Position numbers and translations under genes: made by a program. From Mobula hypostoma (lineage: Eukaryota): a DNA stretch of 64,000 nucleotides. The stretch's first letter is position 1; every line of letters begins with the position of its first letter. The notes under the pieces were generated by a model, which worked only from the letters and a program-made list of their open reading frames with translations, ran no database searches and was not told the DNA's origin. The stretch is from NCBI RefSeq assembly GCF_963921235.1, contig NC_086097.1, forward strand, positions 103,356,001-103,420,000, given 5' to 3'. Below, piece after piece: positions 63,897-64,000 of the stretch.

Positions 63897-64000
63897 ACAA
63901 CATACATCAAAGTTGCTGGTGAACGCAGCAGGCGTTTCAGGTCTCGGCCTGAAACGTCGACTGCGCCTCTTCCTATAGATGCTGCTTGGCCTGCTGCGTT
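63897..64000. mobile_element. Penelope-like fold-back mini-insert (runs off the window)
   Basis: A minus-strand terminus at 63897-63933 is joined to a plus-strand terminus through the hairpin CGTTTCAGG-TCTCGG-CCTGAAACG. Confidence 0.8.

Noticed and set aside
61000..64000. Search for the next CDAN1 exon (expected ATLVADLV-like peptide), and likewise for an upstream exon in 1-12600
   Set aside because: No segment with a matching peptide and splice sites was found by eye. These exons probably lie outside the window.

Overview
Eukaryotic (vertebrate) DNA, most likely from a cartilaginous fish such as a ray or shark. This is inferred from the repeat content: abundant CR1/HER1-type LINEs, Penelope-like elements, Rex1/Babar and V-SINE-like SINEs. 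The window holds ten consecutive internal coding exons of codanin-1 (CDAN1) on the + strand (12654-60906, 1164 nt). All introns are GT-AG and the phases join into one open frame. Neither the start nor the stop of the gene is in the window. The introns are mostly nested transposons: several CR1 families (one very young), a full-length but disabled L1 with TSD, Tc1/mariner and Tigger-like DNA elements, Rex1/Babar fragments, SINEs and over a dozen Penelope-like pieces. Main observations: (1) minimal hammerhead-ribozyme motifs in the Penelope terminal repeats, two of which flank a CDAN1 exon in sense orientation and could pair as a dimer; (2) tiny TSD-flanked Penelope inserts that begin at that motif; (3) a CDAN1 exon junction that regenerates its own 5' splice site; (4) near-identical inverted young CR1 copies bracketing in-frame exon blocks; (5) a perfect 66-bp fold-back palindrome; (6) a two-part templated insertion matching the surrounding CR1. 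Repeat boundaries are approximate unless a TSD or TIR is quoted. All family names come from recognising motifs by eye, not from database searches.
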